Positions 62,436 through 64,000 of a stretch of 64,000 bases of DNA are shown here, one piece after another. The translations under genes and the position numbers were made by a program. This DNA comes from Bugula neritina (taxonomy: Eukaryota > Animalia > Bryozoa), in the NCBI GenBank assembly GCA_964035545.1, contig OZ037767.1:20786628-20850627 (forward strand), read 5' to 3'. The first letter of the stretch is position 1. Each line of letters begins with the position of its first letter. The notes below the pieces were generated by a model, which made no database searches, was not told the origin of the DNA, and saw only the letters and a program-made list of their open reading frames with translations.

Positions 62436-64000
62436 CTGTCAACTGCACACAGCAGCGTGCATATATTAGTAAGAAGAGAGCATTATAAAACTGACCAAAA
62501 TGTGCATACATTCTGTATTCATCAGTAAAATTTCCATAGACTGAATAAAAATTCATTATAACAGACTTTAATTTATAACCGGTGTATTATATTTACAACT
62601 ATGAGCAACTATGCCCTATTTTTGCATTTATTTGTAGTTTATCAAATCACCATGATCATTCTGTATCACTAAAAGAGATAAAATATATATAAGAAATAGA
62701 GCAATACTAAACTTGCAAAAGTTGGAGAAGCGCCAATTAGCAGACGCATCACGTTATGGCAGATGTATCACACTTGGCAGATATTATATATCAATTGCTG
62801 TATTACTTGTAGGCTATAGTAAACATTAGGGGAAATGGTAATGTCAAAGTGAAGCAGGTAAATAAGTTATGGGGTTAAAGTGTGATGACTGAAAAGTGAC
62901 CCAAGCATCTATTAAGTGTGTATGCATGTCCTATACTGATTGTACAATGTTTATTTTAAATTGTTACCCAATTAATCTTTTAATTTATATATATCAAATT
63001 CATCAAAATAATCATCATTTGATCTTTAAATTATAGATTAAAGTCTTTCAACTTATTCTCAATTATAATATTATATGAAGAATAAAATAAAACTTGCATA
63101 AATTTTAGTCACAAAGCGCTGTGAAAGATAAACGTGTTATAAAGTTATTATAAATCTTTTGCATAAATTGAACAAGATGCCTGGAAGAATGAAATGTGTC
63201 TACAATAAGTCTAAGTAGTGCCTACAAAACCTCCCATGGCAGGAGAAAAGTATTCCAGCACAATGAGAACATATCTCCAGATTTGCTCATCTAATATTCT
63301 TGCTTTCAAAGTGTCAGTATTGAAAACTCTTGTAGAATTACTTTGAGGTAGGTACTAAACTGATTTTGAAAGAGTACTTACATAATAATTATTATAGTAT
63401 AAGACACACAGACAGGATCTTAGTGATACATATTATTTGGTTTGCCTTATTGCATTATTACATTATGAAATATCCTTAAGCTATATTTAGTAAAGGAAAG
63501 CAACCCTTTGGGAATAGTAAGTAAAGTGTTGATTATAGTATATGGCAGTGTTAATGTGAATTTAGTCTTGAATTAAGAGAAAATCAAACTGTAATTACAG
63601 TTATTAGTTGATAGTATATAATGCATATACATCTCACTACAGTATACTTTATTATTATATATCTTATTATAAATCATATTATATCGTGCCAAATCTTATT
63701 ATATTATAATATAACATACTGCACTTTATATCTCATTGTGTTATATTATTTTATGTTATGTTAATTATTATAGAATAACAATCAGAACCTAAATCTCTAA
63801 AAGTTGTTCTCACGGAATATACTGCAAGTTTGAGTAACCTGAGCCGAACGCCCATCTAAATTTTATGGTAGAGTTTATTGTAGAGTAGTTTTTAACAGTT
63901 TAATTATCTTTTAAAGCTCAAGGTATAATAACCTGTATTATTACTCTAGCATGTGATAAAATTACTTTAAGAAGCCACCATGGTAAGTAAAAGCAATACT

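Overview
AT-rich, intron-containing animal genomic DNA; an invertebrate, plausibly a lophotrochozoan (inference only). Five spliced protein-coding genes were reconstructed by hand with GT-AG junctions and consistent phases: (1) a GPI-anchored Ly6/uPAR three-finger protein of the quiver/sleepless type (-, 6750-9153); (2) an uncharacterised STI1/DP-repeat protein (-, 11648-15366); (3) the DEAD-box helicase DDX18/Has1/pitchoune (+, CDS 21804-27653), probably head-to-head with gene 2 through a non-coding first exon; (4) a Quaking/HOW STAR-family RNA-binding protein (+, 31931-43605); (5) a type I membrane protein with SUEL-lectin-like and CUB-like domains (-, about 51560-61859). Mobile DNA includes a decayed RTE LINE, nested TIR transposons (16878-20454) and two related hAT elements carrying shared MITE insertions. 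The strongest candidate for an undescribed system is in the Quaking gene: the exon encoding the QUA2 RNA-contact helix is tandemly duplicated into two frame-incompatible (mutually exclusive) versions. The same transcript is rich in Quaking's own ACUAAY sites, one of which is the branch point of the second copy, suggesting an autoregulated RNA-binding switch. Two further patterns stand out: 6-nt-periodic cryptic-repeat tracts just downstream of five apparent promoters, and intronic minisatellites built from splice-site signals. All coordinates and counts were derived by eye.
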